This document shows, piece by piece, positions 36,346 to 47,790 of a DNA stretch of 64,000 bases (within the stretch, counting starts at the first letter, position 1; each line of letters begins with the position of its first letter). The stretch spans positions 61,950,464 through 62,014,463 of the forward strand of contig NC_043011.1 of NCBI RefSeq assembly GCF_006345805.1, read 5' to 3'. The notes beneath the pieces were generated by a model, which was not told the origin of the DNA, made no database searches, and was given only the letters and a program-made list of their open reading frames with translations. Origin of the DNA: Octopus sinensis (lineage: Eukaryota). Made by a program: the position numbers and the translations under genes.

Positions 36346-37171
36346 CATCATATATGATGTGATGTGTAAGTCGTGTGGTGTAGTGAGGAGAAGAGGGGGA
36401 GGGGGAGAAGAGGGGCAGAAGGGGAGGGGAAGAAGAGGGGGAGGAGAGGAGGGGGAGGAAGGAGGAAAGAGGGGGAGGGGGAGTGAGGGAGCAGAGGAAA
36501 GGGGAAGGAGGGAGGGGGAAGAAGGGAAGGGGAGTAGGGGTGAAAGGATGAAGGACTGAAGAAGTAGGGGTCGGGGGGAAGGTTAGGTGAGGAGGGGGGA
36601 GAGGGGGGTTAGATGAGGAGGGGGGGGAGTTGAGACCAAATGGCGTATAAGAGCGAAGAGAGAAGATTAATTCCTGTTCACGGCGCAAACGGGAATCCGG
36701 ATGGCCTCTGTGTAAGGACAAACCGAACACATATAGGTGTTGCAAGGAGTGACCGGTGGAGCGGAAATGGCGTGAGACCGGTGTGTCGTTCGCAAGGTGG
36801 ATGTCACGAAGGTGTTCCGCGAACCGGTCAGCCAAGCGGCGTCCCGTTTGTCCGATGTACAAGGAATTGCAGAGAGAGCAAGAGACGCAATAGATAATAT
36901 TGCTGGAGGTGCAGGTGAAGGAGTGGATGATGGGATAGGGTTGATGGTGGGTGCTAGTGAGGCGGGTGGTGTTGGAGAGGTAAGGGCAAGTGCAGCAACG
37001 TGGGCGGGAGCAGCGGAACGAGCCGGGTTGGGAGGTAGGGTCAGGGAAGGAGCTATGGACCAAAAGGTCTCGAAGGTTGTGGGCTCGTTTGAAAGAAGGG
37101 AGGGGTCGGTTAGGGAAGAGGTGTGAAGTGGACGGGTCGGACTGGAGATGACGACACACGCACTCATGCAT
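36335..37171 (-). CDS. PLE ORF C-terminus: Cys-rich linker and GIY-YIG endonuclease (first ~185 aa credible, remainder low-complexity read-through)
   Basis: PLPSFKRAHNLRDLLVHS, GSFRCSRPRCCTC, FTCTSSNIIYCVSCSLCNSLYIGQTGRRLADRFAEH, VSRHF, RLRREQELIFSL, PFGLN. Confidence 0.9.
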   Translation of the reverse strand: MHECVCRHLQSDPSTSHLFPNRPLPSFKRAHNLRDLLVHSSFPDPTSQPGSFRCSRPRCCTCPYLSNTTRLTSTHHQPYPIIHSFTCTSSNIIYCVSCSLCNSLYIGQTGRRLADRFAEHLRDIHLANDTPVSRHFRSTGHSLQHLYVFGLSLHRGHPDSRLRREQELIFSLRSYTPFGLNSPPSSSNPPLPPPHLTFPPTPTSSVLHPFTPTPLPFFPLPPSPFLCSLTPPPPLSSFLPLLSSPSSSPPLLPLFSPSPSSPHYTTRLTHHIIYDVPY

Positions 37172-37176
37172 GGGGG

Positions 37177-38066
37177 TTGCAGTCTGGGGAGTTAGGTGGC
37201 CAGATGTTAGGGGTGATGCAGTTGCAGAAATTGTCTGACAGCCATGACTGGGTTCTCCTTCTTGTGTGGAATGGTGCAGAGTCCTGTTGCCAGACCTAAG
37301 TTCTTCCAGTAGCCACCTGCTTGACCCAGGGCAGCACTACCTCCTCCAGGCATTTGATGTAGGCCTCTGTGTTGAGTGTGAGGCTGTGTGGGAAGATGTG
37401 CGGAGGCATAACATCACCATCACTAGGGATCACTCCAAACACCATGATGCTGACTGGATGTTTGATTTTTATCTCCCTCGGTACATGTTTTGGGGTCATG
37501 GCAAGCCTACAGTTCTTTTGTATGTTCACCATCTGATACTGGCAAACATTTTTCTCATCTGAGAAAAACCAAAGCAGTTGGAGGGGATGCTTGAGTTTGT
37601 TCAAGGTCTTTTCTCCTGTCCTTGATGGCTGGGGATAAAAATTGGTCCTTTCTCATCTACCTGCCTGATAAGAAACTCAGACACTCCCATGTCACTGGAG
37701 TTGGAGGTGATTGGTTTTGAGGGATTGACATGGCCTGGATCCACCAACAAATTCAGGAGTTCTTTTTTTTATCAGAGTGATTAGAGTGAATTTCCTGAGC
37801 TGCTGTATCACCATTAGACTCAGCATTAGATTCAGAATTACCATTAGTCTCATCCAACTCCTTCTGAATCCTCTGCACTGTACTCAGATTGACACCAAAC
37901 ACACTGAAATGTCCATACTGGAGCTTCCGGTGCAAATACCAAGCAGTACATGTCGTTTCCAAATTTCTGGCAGAGTGGATTGCATCAAAATGTTGTTTTT
38001 CTCACAGACAGTGTAGTAGACAAAATTAAAGATTTAAAATGCCAACAATTTACCCATCGCATCCTT
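37177..38066 (-). mobile_element. Second maT (DD37D) copy, broken off at WPPNSPDCNP by the PLE
   Basis: GGATGCGATGGGTAAATTG end; FFSDEK, KHPVSIMVFGVI, QQDSAPFHT and WPPNSPDCNP motifs. Confidence 0.85.
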
Positions 38067-38204
38067 TCTAATTCCAACCACTTCACATATTGTACAGGGT
38101 GCTCTTTATGTGGCACTAGCATTGGTGAGGTTGCCAAATACCCGCAAGACAAGACCTACCCAACTGACTAGGGTACAGCATTGAGGAATATGGAAGTATG
38201 ATAG

Positions 38205-38432
38205 AAGAGCATGAATGTAAGGCAGTGAGCTAGCAAAAACGTTTGCATGCTGGGCGAAAAGTCCCTAGCAGTGTTTCATCTGCTGCTACGTTCTGAGTTC
38301 AAATGCCGCCAGGGTTGACTTTGCCTTTCATCCTTTCGGGGTTGATAAATTAAGTAGCAGTTGCGTACTGGGGTCAATCTAATCAACTGGCCCTCTCCCC
38401 TAAAATCTCATACCTTGTGCTTAGAGTAGAAA
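38205..38432 (+). mobile_element. SINE family C, decayed
   Basis: GTTCTGAGTTCAAATGCC...TTTCGGGGTTGATAAATTAAGTAG. Confidence 0.8.
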
Positions 38433-38502
38433 ATAAAAGAAGGGTATGAGTGTGTATGTGTGTGTGTTTAAATTACAATTATCGTGTGTATGCCATGAAA
38501 GG

Positions 38503-38815
38503 ATAAAGACCCCCTTCAGTCATGCATGACCGGGGGATTGCACCTGGAAAGTTCCCCTCTGAGGCGTAAGTCTGGGGAAGGTTGTTTTACCAGCCTCCCC
38601 TCTCCATGTCACCAAAGTTATCCAAGGGAAAAGCAAAGGGGTCGATACCCCGTGGCACCAGTGATGTCGCAACTCATTTCTACATTTGAAGAAACTGGAA
38701 CCTTGTGAAAAACATTGTCGTGCCCAAAAATACAACACGCAACCTGATCCAGGAATTGAACTCTCTACCTCATGATTGTGAGCCTGACGCTCTAAACCCT
38801 TAGCCATTTGCCTTC
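38503..38815 (-). mobile_element. SINE family E
   Basis: Reverse complement of the 24066-24378 family. Confidence 0.85.
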
Positions 38816-38919
38816 ACATAGTTCCTATTATCCATGGTGGTAGTGAAAGCATACTTCCAAAGTTACTCATCCTATGGTGGGCAGCATTTTAGTAATTTGA
38901 AGAAGGGTTAATAAATTGG

Positions 38920-39345
38920 ATATTGGTTTCAACTTTTGGCGCAAGGCCAGTAATTTTGGGGGAGGGAGTAAATCTATTTCTTTATTGCCCACAAGGGGTT
39001 AAACAGAGAGGGGACAAACAAGGACAGACAAAGGAATTAAGTCGTTTACATCAACCCCAGTTCATAACTGGTATTTATTTAATCAACCCCGAAAAGATGA
39101 AAGGCAAAGTCGACCTTGGCGGAATTTGAACTCAGAACATAACGGCAGACGAAATACTGTTAAGCATTTCGTCCAGTGTGCTAACGATTCTGCCAGCTTG
39201 ACCCCCAGTGTCCCACTGGTACTTATTCTATTGACCTTGAAAGTATGCAAGGCTAAGTCGGCCCCAGCGTAATTTGAACTCAGAACAGAAAGCCTGACGA
39301 AATGCTGTTAAGCATTTCATATACCGTGCTAACAATTCCACCAGC
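38920..39345 (-). mobile_element. SINE family C, one copy plus a partial second copy
   Basis: GAAAAGATGAAAGGCAAAGTCGACC...AATTTGAACTCAGAAC occurs twice. Confidence 0.8.
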
Positions 39346-39659
39346 CCATCATGTGGTGGTGGCCATGGCAGTGATGATGGTGGTCGTGAAAACAGACAAG
39401 GAAAAGAATATGAAGCCATTAAATGGGGGAGGCTGTGGTTGGTTAAGCAATTAGATGAGTGACGAGTAATAAGTAATGATGAGGAAGCGGAATGGGGTGG
39501 GGTGGGGTGGGGGATGTAGAATGCGATTGTTGAAGGGATCCGATTCCATCTGATTTATAGTCCCTGTTGATGGGAGGTGGGGTGGGCAGGTGGGCCGGCG
39601 GGAAGGTTCCATTAAAAGACTATTATAATATGTAATAGATATGAAATGAAGAACAGTGC

Positions 39660-40440
39660 GTACCCGTGTGTGTGTTTGTGTGCGAGTGTGTGTGTGTATG
39701 CAAGCATCCGCTTGTGTGTGTGTGAGAGTGTATGTGTTTGATGTGTGTGTGTGTATATGTTTGAAAGATTGGGTGTGTGTGTGTGTGTCTAAGTGTCTCT
39801 GCATGCATGAAGATTGTGTATGTGAGTGTGTGTGTGTGTGTGCAAGTGTGTGTGCATGCATCTTTGTGTGTGAGTGTGTGTGTTTGTGAGATTATATGCG
39901 TGTGTGCATGCATGAAGATTGTGTGTGTTTGTGGGAATGTGTTTGTGCATTCATGTGTGTGCATATGTATATGTGCATGTGTATGTGCGTCTGTCTGTGC
40001 GTGTGTGTGTGTGTGTGCGTGCGTGTGCGTGTGTATCAAATAACCATTATTATTAATAAGAGCCGGCATCTGGATTGGCAGCTCCAACATTTGCCTCTTG
40101 GTGATACTTACATAATTAGCTGCTTCCGTGACATTACACACCTAGCAGAGGGCGACAACGATGACAGTGACGAGGATGCTGAGGTGGGGGAGGAGGAGGA
40201 GGAGGGGGAAGAGGAGGGTAGTGATAGTGGAGCAGGCGGTGGTGGTGGTGGTGGTGATAGCTTTGTTGATGATGACAATGATGACAATGATGGTGGAAGC
40301 AGAAGAGGATTGATAGTGGTGGTGGTGGTGGTGGTGGTGTTGATAGCGGAGGCTTTGTTTGAGAGTGGCATTGATGATGATGGTAGTGCTGATGGTGATG
40401 ATGATGATGATGATGAGGAGGAGGAGGAGGAGCGAAATAT
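39660..40440. repeat. Degenerate (TG)n tract followed by a GAT/GGT/GAG trinucleotide mosaic
   Basis: Direct reading. Confidence 0.9.
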
Positions 40441-40873
40441 GATATATATTCGACTGACATGATGATGGCAGTCTTGGCAGCGAAAAATGTCACATGAGAA
40501 AGATGTCATTTTTGGTGACCCTTTTACTTGTCGGGTGGGGGGGGGGGTTAAAAAAAAACAAACAAAATGATACTGATAACAGTAATAATAATTCTAGAAA
40601 AATGTCAAACAGATAAGATATTGCCATTTTTATCTGTTACTTGTTCCAGTCATTGGACAGCAGCCATGCATAGGAAGTGCTACCCTGCCTGCCTCGGGCA
40701 ATGAGATGGCATCATATAAAGGCTTAAACTGGTGGTACTCAACCGTTTTTTGCCTATAGAACTCATTTGTTTCCTATTTTACTCAAATGGACCTTCCAGA
40801 CCAATCCATGTTCCAGAAATCCCTAATATATTTATAATTAAATATTATTAAGAATTGTATCAAAAATGATTGA

Positions 40874-41094
40874 GCCTTCAGCATTCAGATGACTCTGTCA
40901 AATGTAATGTTTGTTGATCCCAAGTTATTTTCATCTGGTCATTTATCATCTTGTAGCTTTGCAATCTTGGTGATGTGATTGTTTATTTTTTGAATGACAT
41001 TGTAGGAGAGGTGTGAAAGGTTGAATCTGGCCATTCTAAACATAAAACAAGTGGAATGTTTTGGCTGGATATGGCTGCTTTAAATGCTAAAGGG
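40874..41094. mobile_element. piggyBac-like MITE, decayed
   Basis: Right end AATGCTAAAGGG|TTTAA; left end GCCTTCAGCATT, a degenerate CCCTTTAGCATT. Confidence 0.55.
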
Positions 41095-41180
41095 TTTAAA
41101 GTATTTTGTGCATTGTTGAAATATAACTGATTTACATTATTTACATTTGACGGATATTTGTCCTCATCTTGTTTGTTGTT

Positions 41181-41226
41181 AACACAACGTTTCAGCTGAT
41201 ATACCCTCCAGCCTTCATCAGGTGTC
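41181..41226 (-). ncRNA. Minimal type I hammerhead ribozyme, intact core
   Basis: GACAC-CTGATGA-A-GGCTGG-AGGGTATA-TCAGCT-GAAA-CG-TT|GTGTT; stem III ACGT is palindromic; preceded by (AAT)n. Confidence 0.8.
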
Positions 41227-41311
41227 TTGGGGAAATTTCGAACCTGGGTTCTCATTCCTAAGGTATTTTTTGATGTTATTATTGTTGTTGTTATTATTAT
41301 TATTATTATTA

Positions 41312-41359
<48 letters not shown>

Positions 41360-41374
41360 TCACTGCTTGGAGTC

Positions 41375-41870
41375 ATTACCAACACAGGAACATGTATCAT
41401 ACATCAAAATGAAACTGGTCCTCTGTGGATCACAACCCTACTTCTCAACATAGTCACTGTTTCTCTCAATAGCAAAGTTCAAATGAGTGCATGTATCCCT
41501 ATGCTGTAAAATTCTGTTGACTGTTCTTTGAGCCACTTCTTCACTACAGTTTTCACTTCCTTGTCACTGGACTATCATCTCTTCAGCCCCATGAAAGAGG
41601 GTTTGAGAGGCAAACATTATTCAAGCGGCGAAAAAGTGCATACTGTAGTGAAGAAGGGGCTCAAACAACAGTCAACAGAATTTTATGGGGCAGGGATACA
41701 TTCTCTCATTAGAAGGTGGAACATTGCTATTGAGAGGAACGGTGACTATGTTGAGAAGTAGGGTTGTGATCCACAGAGGACCAGCTTCATTTTGATGTAT
41801 GATACATGTTCCTGTGTTGGGAATTATATCTGTCCTAAACAAAATGGCATTACTTTTTGACTCATCTTCA
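41375..41870. mobile_element. Mariner relic made of two 3' ends in inverted orientation
   Basis: Plus: DYHLFSPMKEGLRGKHYSS...IRRWNIAIERNGDYVEK*, then TIR ...TACTTTTTGACTCATCTTCA|TA. 41379-41558 is the reverse complement of ~41630-41822. Same family as 29151-29693. Confidence 0.9.
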
Positions 41871-43724
41871 TATGTTGTGATTACATGCAAATTATGGGAA
41901 TTCCACAGGAATGCATGCTGTGAGGCCTTCTAGTGATGCTCTGACCCTTTAACATTCAATATCCAATGGTCAGCCATTAGGAGATTGCTTTCTGTTGAGT
42001 TATAGCAAAAACAACCAAAATATAATTTTGCACATTTACCATTGGTGACCAAAATGTCATTCCATCTATGAAAGGATTAAAATAGTCGATGGGATTCTGT
42101 GCATCATACAGGTGTCCTCATAATTTCCTTCCCCTCACTTTTGACCTAGGACTATCGTAAAGATACTTGCCTACTAAAATGACCCCACTGGGATTGAACT
42201 TGGGTCTACATGACTGCCAGGTAGACGTTTTTATCTAATTATTATACCAGTTCATTATGTCGTTAAGATTTTGCTTATTTCCAATCTCCTCCAACCAAAT
42301 TACAGTACAAAAAAAAGAAAAACTGCACACCTGCATGGTGCCTTGTGGTGGTAGCAAACCGATAGCCCCTGACTGAAAACTAAAATTTTACAAATCTCAC
42401 AGGCACCAGCATGGCTGTGGGGTAAAAAGTTTGTCTCCCAAACGCAGGGTCTTGGGTTCACTCCCACTGTGTGGTAGCTTGGGTAATTGTCTTCTACTAC
42501 AGCTCCACACTGACCAAAACCTTGTAAGTGAATTTAGTAGACAGAAACTGAAAGAAACCTGTTGTGTGTGTATGGAGGGGAGGGGTGTGAATGTGTGTAT
42601 GCATGCATGTATGTGTGCGTGCATGCATGTATGTGTGCGTGTGTATGTGTGCGCACAATTGTGTTACTATCCTCTTGCCTTGAATTCACGTGACTGCTGT
42701 AAACGAATGTCACCTCCTTCCAAGTGGTGTCCTTCATTTCCAGTCTTGAAAGCATGTCTGGCTATGGGAAAAAAAAATAAATTCCCTTCCTTGGGAACAG
42801 GTGAAGGTCAGTGACAGGAAGGGTATCCAATTGTTTTCAAAAATCTGCCTTGACAAATTCTGTCTGACCCATACCAGCACAAAAAAAAAACTGGACATTA
42901 AATGATAACGATGGTGATGATGATGATGATGATGATGATGACAACCATGCATACACTATTCTGTTAGTACTACCCACTAAGTCTGTATAATTTAATGTCT
43001 ATATAATAAATCTATATTGTTATTAGGGGTGGTGGGGGCTTACAAATTTCATTGTTTAAATCCGTCCCCACTCTCCATTGCCACCACCAACCCTTATTCA
43101 CACCAACAGGGCTTTGTCAAAATAAAGAGCTTAGAAACCATTCTTTGGGCTTCTTTCTTTTTGTTTTTCATCTCTTCCTTTGTTCAAGGAATTAAACACT
43201 TTATGAGAAATCAATGAGTCTTCCTCTTCTGTTTGCCTTGTTATTCTTGAAAGCTTTGGAAACCTTTGCAACAGCTGTTCTTTTGTAGACATATCTATAA
43301 ATAATTCTTCGTTATAATGAAAATAATAATAATGATGGTGATGACAATGATGACAATGATCATAATAGCCCTTTCTGCTAAAGGTACACGGCCTGAAATT
43401 ATGGGGATAGGGGACTAATCGTTTATATTGATCCCAATGCTCACCTGGTAATTAATTCATTAACCCCAAAAGGATGAAAGGCAAAGTCAACCTCAACGAT
43501 GCTAATTATTATTTCATTGTTATTAGCGTGTCAAACAAAATGGTTGACAGCATTTTGTCCTCTACGTTCTGAGTTCAAATTCTATTGAAGTCGACTTTGC
43601 CTTTCATCCTTTTGGGATCAATAAAATGTGCATCAATTGGGCACTGGGGTCAATATAATTGACTAAACTTCTCCCTCCAAAATTTCACGCTTTGTACCTT
43701 TAGTAGAAAGGGTTTAGATCATCA

Positions 43725-43792
43725 TCATCATCATTATTATTATTATTATTATATTATTATTATTATTATTATTATTGAGTGAGAGAGCAGTA

Positions 43793-43837
<45 letters not shown>

Positions 43838-43875
43838 TATTATTATTATTATTGTCATTATTATTATTATTATTA

Positions 43876-43974
<99 letters not shown>

Positions 43975-44036
43975 TATTATTATTATTATCATTATTATTA
44001 TTATATTATTATTATTATTATTATTATTTATTATTA

Positions 44037-44086
<50 letters not shown>

Positions 44087-44094
44087 TATTACTG
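43725..44094. repeat. (TTA)n tract containing a 20-bp stub of the family D end at 43776
   Basis: TTGAGTGAGAGAGCAGTACA at 43776, repeated at 44095. Confidence 0.9.
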
Positions 44095-44630
44095 TTGAGT
44101 GAGAGAGCAACGCATGACATCAAAGTGACACTGGGGTACAAATATACGAAGCCCAATATACCCATCATGACTACCCGTCTGATAAGGTTACACTAGGCAC
44201 ATGCATCACAACCATATGTGCGTGACATGGTGATCTTATAATCAAGATAAACAGTGCATGACCTTGCAGTTGGGGCCCAGTTAGAAATTTCATCAGGTCA
44301 AGTATCCCATCCCACTCAAAAGGTCCCTGAATTAGGGTTGTTTAAGGATGCTAAATGAAACACCCATGTTTCCAGAGGTGAATTATCCAGATCCCAAAGA
44401 ATCCCTCTCAACACCTGGCTATGATGTTCCCCCACTACTCCTACTCGTGATCAGAGATCCACATATCGTCAGCCACTAAGGGACATGCTCAACTGGTTAA
44501 GGTCAAACAACTGACAAGCAAATCTGTGGTATTGAGCAGAATATTTGCTGTAGGCCATCTTTTATACCAAGACAAAACAACATACATAATAATACTTCCA
44601 ATCAGTTGAGATCAGAAGCCATGAGAACCA
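44095..44630 (-). mobile_element. Family D element
   Basis: Collinear with 25488-26045. Confidence 0.9.
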
Positions 44631-44938
44631 AGTTTAGTGGGGAGGGGCCTGATGCTGACATTGGTCCCAGTGGTCAGCTGGTATTTATTTTATTGATGTC
44701 TCAAGTGATGAAAGGCAAAGTCAACCTCTGCAATAATTGAACTTAGAATGGTCAAGAACTGGAAGGACTTCTGTTATGTGTTTTCTCTAACATGCTAACA
44801 ATTCTGCTAGTCTTCCACATTTATGACCCCCGTCCACCTTGTCTAACCTGTCCAATTCATCATGCCAGCATTCGAAATGCAAAGGTAACATGATGGCGAT
44901 AATAATGATGATGATGATGATGGTAGTACTCGTAGTTG

Positions 44939-44970
<32 letters not shown>

Positions 44971-45071
44971 GGTGGTGGTGATGATGATAACGATGACAAA
45001 AGTAACAGCATTAGTAGCAGTGTCGTCATCATAATCATTGTCATCGTTGCTTTCACCTTTAACACTACTCC

Positions 45072-45112
<41 letters not shown>

Positions 45113-46299
45113 CTATCATCATCATCATCATCATTGTCGTCATTGGTGTCATTTCATGCTTGCTTCCCATGTTGTGGCTGTGGAAGTGATGCCAGAGTCT
45201 CTGACACTGAAGATATGGGAATGCATGGAATAATGACCAATAAGGATTGCAGTTGGTTCATGCAAAATGACCATGAGCAAGGAAGCTTCTGTATGTTGGA
45301 AATAGCAGCTAAATTTACCTCAACTCACATGCTATTGTCCTTCTTTCTCCTTCTCTTTCTCCTCTTCGCTCTGCTCTTTCTTTTCCATCTCCTTCTCTTT
45401 TCCCAACCTACTCCTCTTCCTTCTCTATGACTTCCCCTCCTCATCCCTTCCCCACATCATATCCCACCTCACCCCACATCCAAGCCCTACCCTTCCTCAT
45501 CTCATCCTCTCTCCTTCCTCACCCTTTTCTCTCTCCTCTTCATCTTCTTTCTCCCCTCCTCTTCCCCACCTCCTTCCCTCCTCTTCCTCTCCCCCTTCCT
45601 CCTCTCCTCATACTTTCCTTCCCTCCTCCTCCCTACTTCCTCTTTCTCTCCTCTTCCCCACCTCCTCTTCCTCCCCTTCTTCCCATTCTTCTTCCCCTTC
45701 ATCTTCTTCCTCCTCTTCCTCACCTTTCTCCTCCTCCACCTCCTCCACTAATTCCCCCCCCCTGTCTGGTGGGCAAATCCATTCGGAAGGGCATGGTTGG
45801 GTTGCAAGTGCGAAGCTAAATTCACCACAACACACCATAGACACACACCTGCAGTCATAGCTCTACTAGGATCAAGAATGTCCCAGGGTTAAACAGCATT
45901 TACAAGATATAAATAAGAAATAATTAAATTCTGATGTTTTTTTTTTTTCCACTGAAAGAAAAATTAAGAAACGAGTTACATTTTCGTTTTCTTTCATTTA
46001 TTTTCTTATTTTGTTTTTGGTTAATAGTTCTTCTATGTAAAGCTATCTTCTGTGGAATGGTAAAACGGGAAATCGGAGAAGTTTTCACAGAGAATTCCTT
46101 CTGTAAAAAATCTAATTTCAGTGAGTCAAGACTTGATAGCGGAGAAATAATTTCGTTGGTTGGATATAGATGCCATGGAGTAAACGGAGCTGGTGAGACT
46201 AACTCAGCAAAGTCATGTAAACACACAGAGAGAGGCACCCATGTGTGCCATGTGTATGCATGCATATGGTTGCACTAACACATGCATATATACATACAT

Positions 46300-46354
<55 letters not shown>

Positions 46355-46528
46355 CATATATATACATATATATATATATAATAAAAACTTACTTGGAGAA
46401 ATAAGTAAGTGATGCGAGGCGTTGAATCATATAATAACAATTATGTATTTGTATATATATATATCTATATGTATATATATATATATGTGTGTGTATATAT
46501 ATATATATATATATGTATATGTATATGT

Positions 46529-46561
<33 letters not shown>

Positions 46562-46689
46562 ATATATATATGTGTGTGTGTATATATATATATAATATAT
46601 ATATATATATATGTGTGTGTGTGTATGTATATATATATATATTTATTCGTGTATATATATATGTATGTATGTATATATATATGTATGTG

Positions 46690-46952
46690 TGTTGTGTTCT
46701 CGAGCAAGGCACTTTATTTCACGTTGCTCCAGTTCACTCAGCTGTAGAAATGAGTTGCGACGTCACAGGTGCCAAGCTGTATCGACCTTTGTCTTTCCCT
46801 TGGATAACACTGGTGGCGTGGAGAGGGGAGGCTGGTATGCATGGGCGACTGCTAGCCTTCCATAAACAACCTTGCCCGGACTTGTGTCTAGGAGGATAAC
46901 TTTCTCGGTGCAATCCCATGGTCATTCATGACCGAAGGGGGTCTTTACCCTT
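46690..46952 (+). mobile_element. SINE family E lacking the tRNA head
   Basis: GTGTTGTGTTCTCGAGCAAGGCACTTTATTTC...GACCGAAGGGGGTCTTTACCC. Confidence 0.85.
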
Positions 46953-46966
46953 TATGTATGTATATA

Positions 46967-47007
<41 letters not shown>

Positions 47008-47177
47008 GTATATATATATAGCTAATCCAAACGTGAAAACACAAAGAGTTCAACAATGAAATAACAATGATATAATTAAATTATACCATATAGAAAAAAT
47101 TAGATATACAATGAAAACATATAGCAATAATTAAGTAAAGTATAAAATAATAAATAAAAAGGATATAATTAGTAAAA

Positions 47178-47200
47178 GGACTACACGTGTTTTGTGGCTA
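47178..47200 (-). ncRNA. 3' half of a hammerhead of the 31746 family
   Basis: TAGCCAC-AAAA-CACGTG-TA|GTC followed by CTTTTAC, matching TAGCCAT-GAAA-CGTACG-TA|GTC-TTTTTAC at 31825-31853; 5' half absent. Confidence 0.6.
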
Positions 47201-47240
47201 TAAATTATATACTTTTTATTTATTATTTTATACTTTATTA

Positions 47241-47275
<35 letters not shown>

Positions 47276-47288
47276 CTTTATTTAAAAA

Positions 47289-47326
47289 CTGTCTGACGAA
47301 CGGGAACGTGAAACTCCGAGTAACAG
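47289..47326 (+). ncRNA. Minimal type I hammerhead ribozyme, intact
   Basis: CTGT-CTGACGA-ACG-GGAA-CGT-GAAA-CTCCGAG-TA|ACAG; all three stems pair and the cleavage triplet is GUA; sits in a ~160-bp unit within (TA)n. Confidence 0.85.
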
Positions 47327-47489
47327 GTTTTGTTGAATTTCTGCTGCTTTTAAATAAAGCATATTACTCTACCCCTGGTATTTGAGTACTCTTTTTTCCA
47401 CCTTGTTTCACATTTATGTATTTACTCCGGTATATATATATATATATATATATTATATATTATATATATATATATATACACACACACAT

Positions 47490-47790
47490 CATCATCATCA
47501 TCATCGTTTAACATCCGCTTTCCATGCTAGCATGGGTTGAACAGTTCGACCAGTGTCTGGGAAGTCAGGAGGCTGCACCAGGCCCAGTCTGATCTGGCAG
47601 TGCTTCTACAGCTGGGTGCCCTTCCTAATGCCAACCACTCCGTGAGTGTAGTGGGTGCTTTTTACATGCCAGGTGAGGCTGGCAATGGCCATGATCGGTT
47701 GGTGCTTTTTACATGCCATGGGCACGGAGGCCAGTTGAGGTGGCGCTGTCAACGGCCACGTTCCGATGGTTCTTTTACGTTCCACTGGCT
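47490..47790 (-). mobile_element. Family B retroposon
   Basis: (CAT)n CGTTTAACATCCGCTTTCCATGCTAGCATGGG... Confidence 0.9.

Larger units (their letters stand above)
35700..37171 (-). mobile_element. 5'-truncated Penelope-like element (Neptune-type): linker, GIY-YIG, 3' UTR and hammerhead-bearing terminal repeat
   Basis: See the ORF at 36335-37171 and the hammerhead at 35803-35838; the tail matches 8954-9055. Confidence 0.85.

Noticed and set aside
46173-46184. CCATGGAGTAAA match to the fold-back terminus near 6250
   Set aside because: A 12-nt match is within chance given the number of comparisons.
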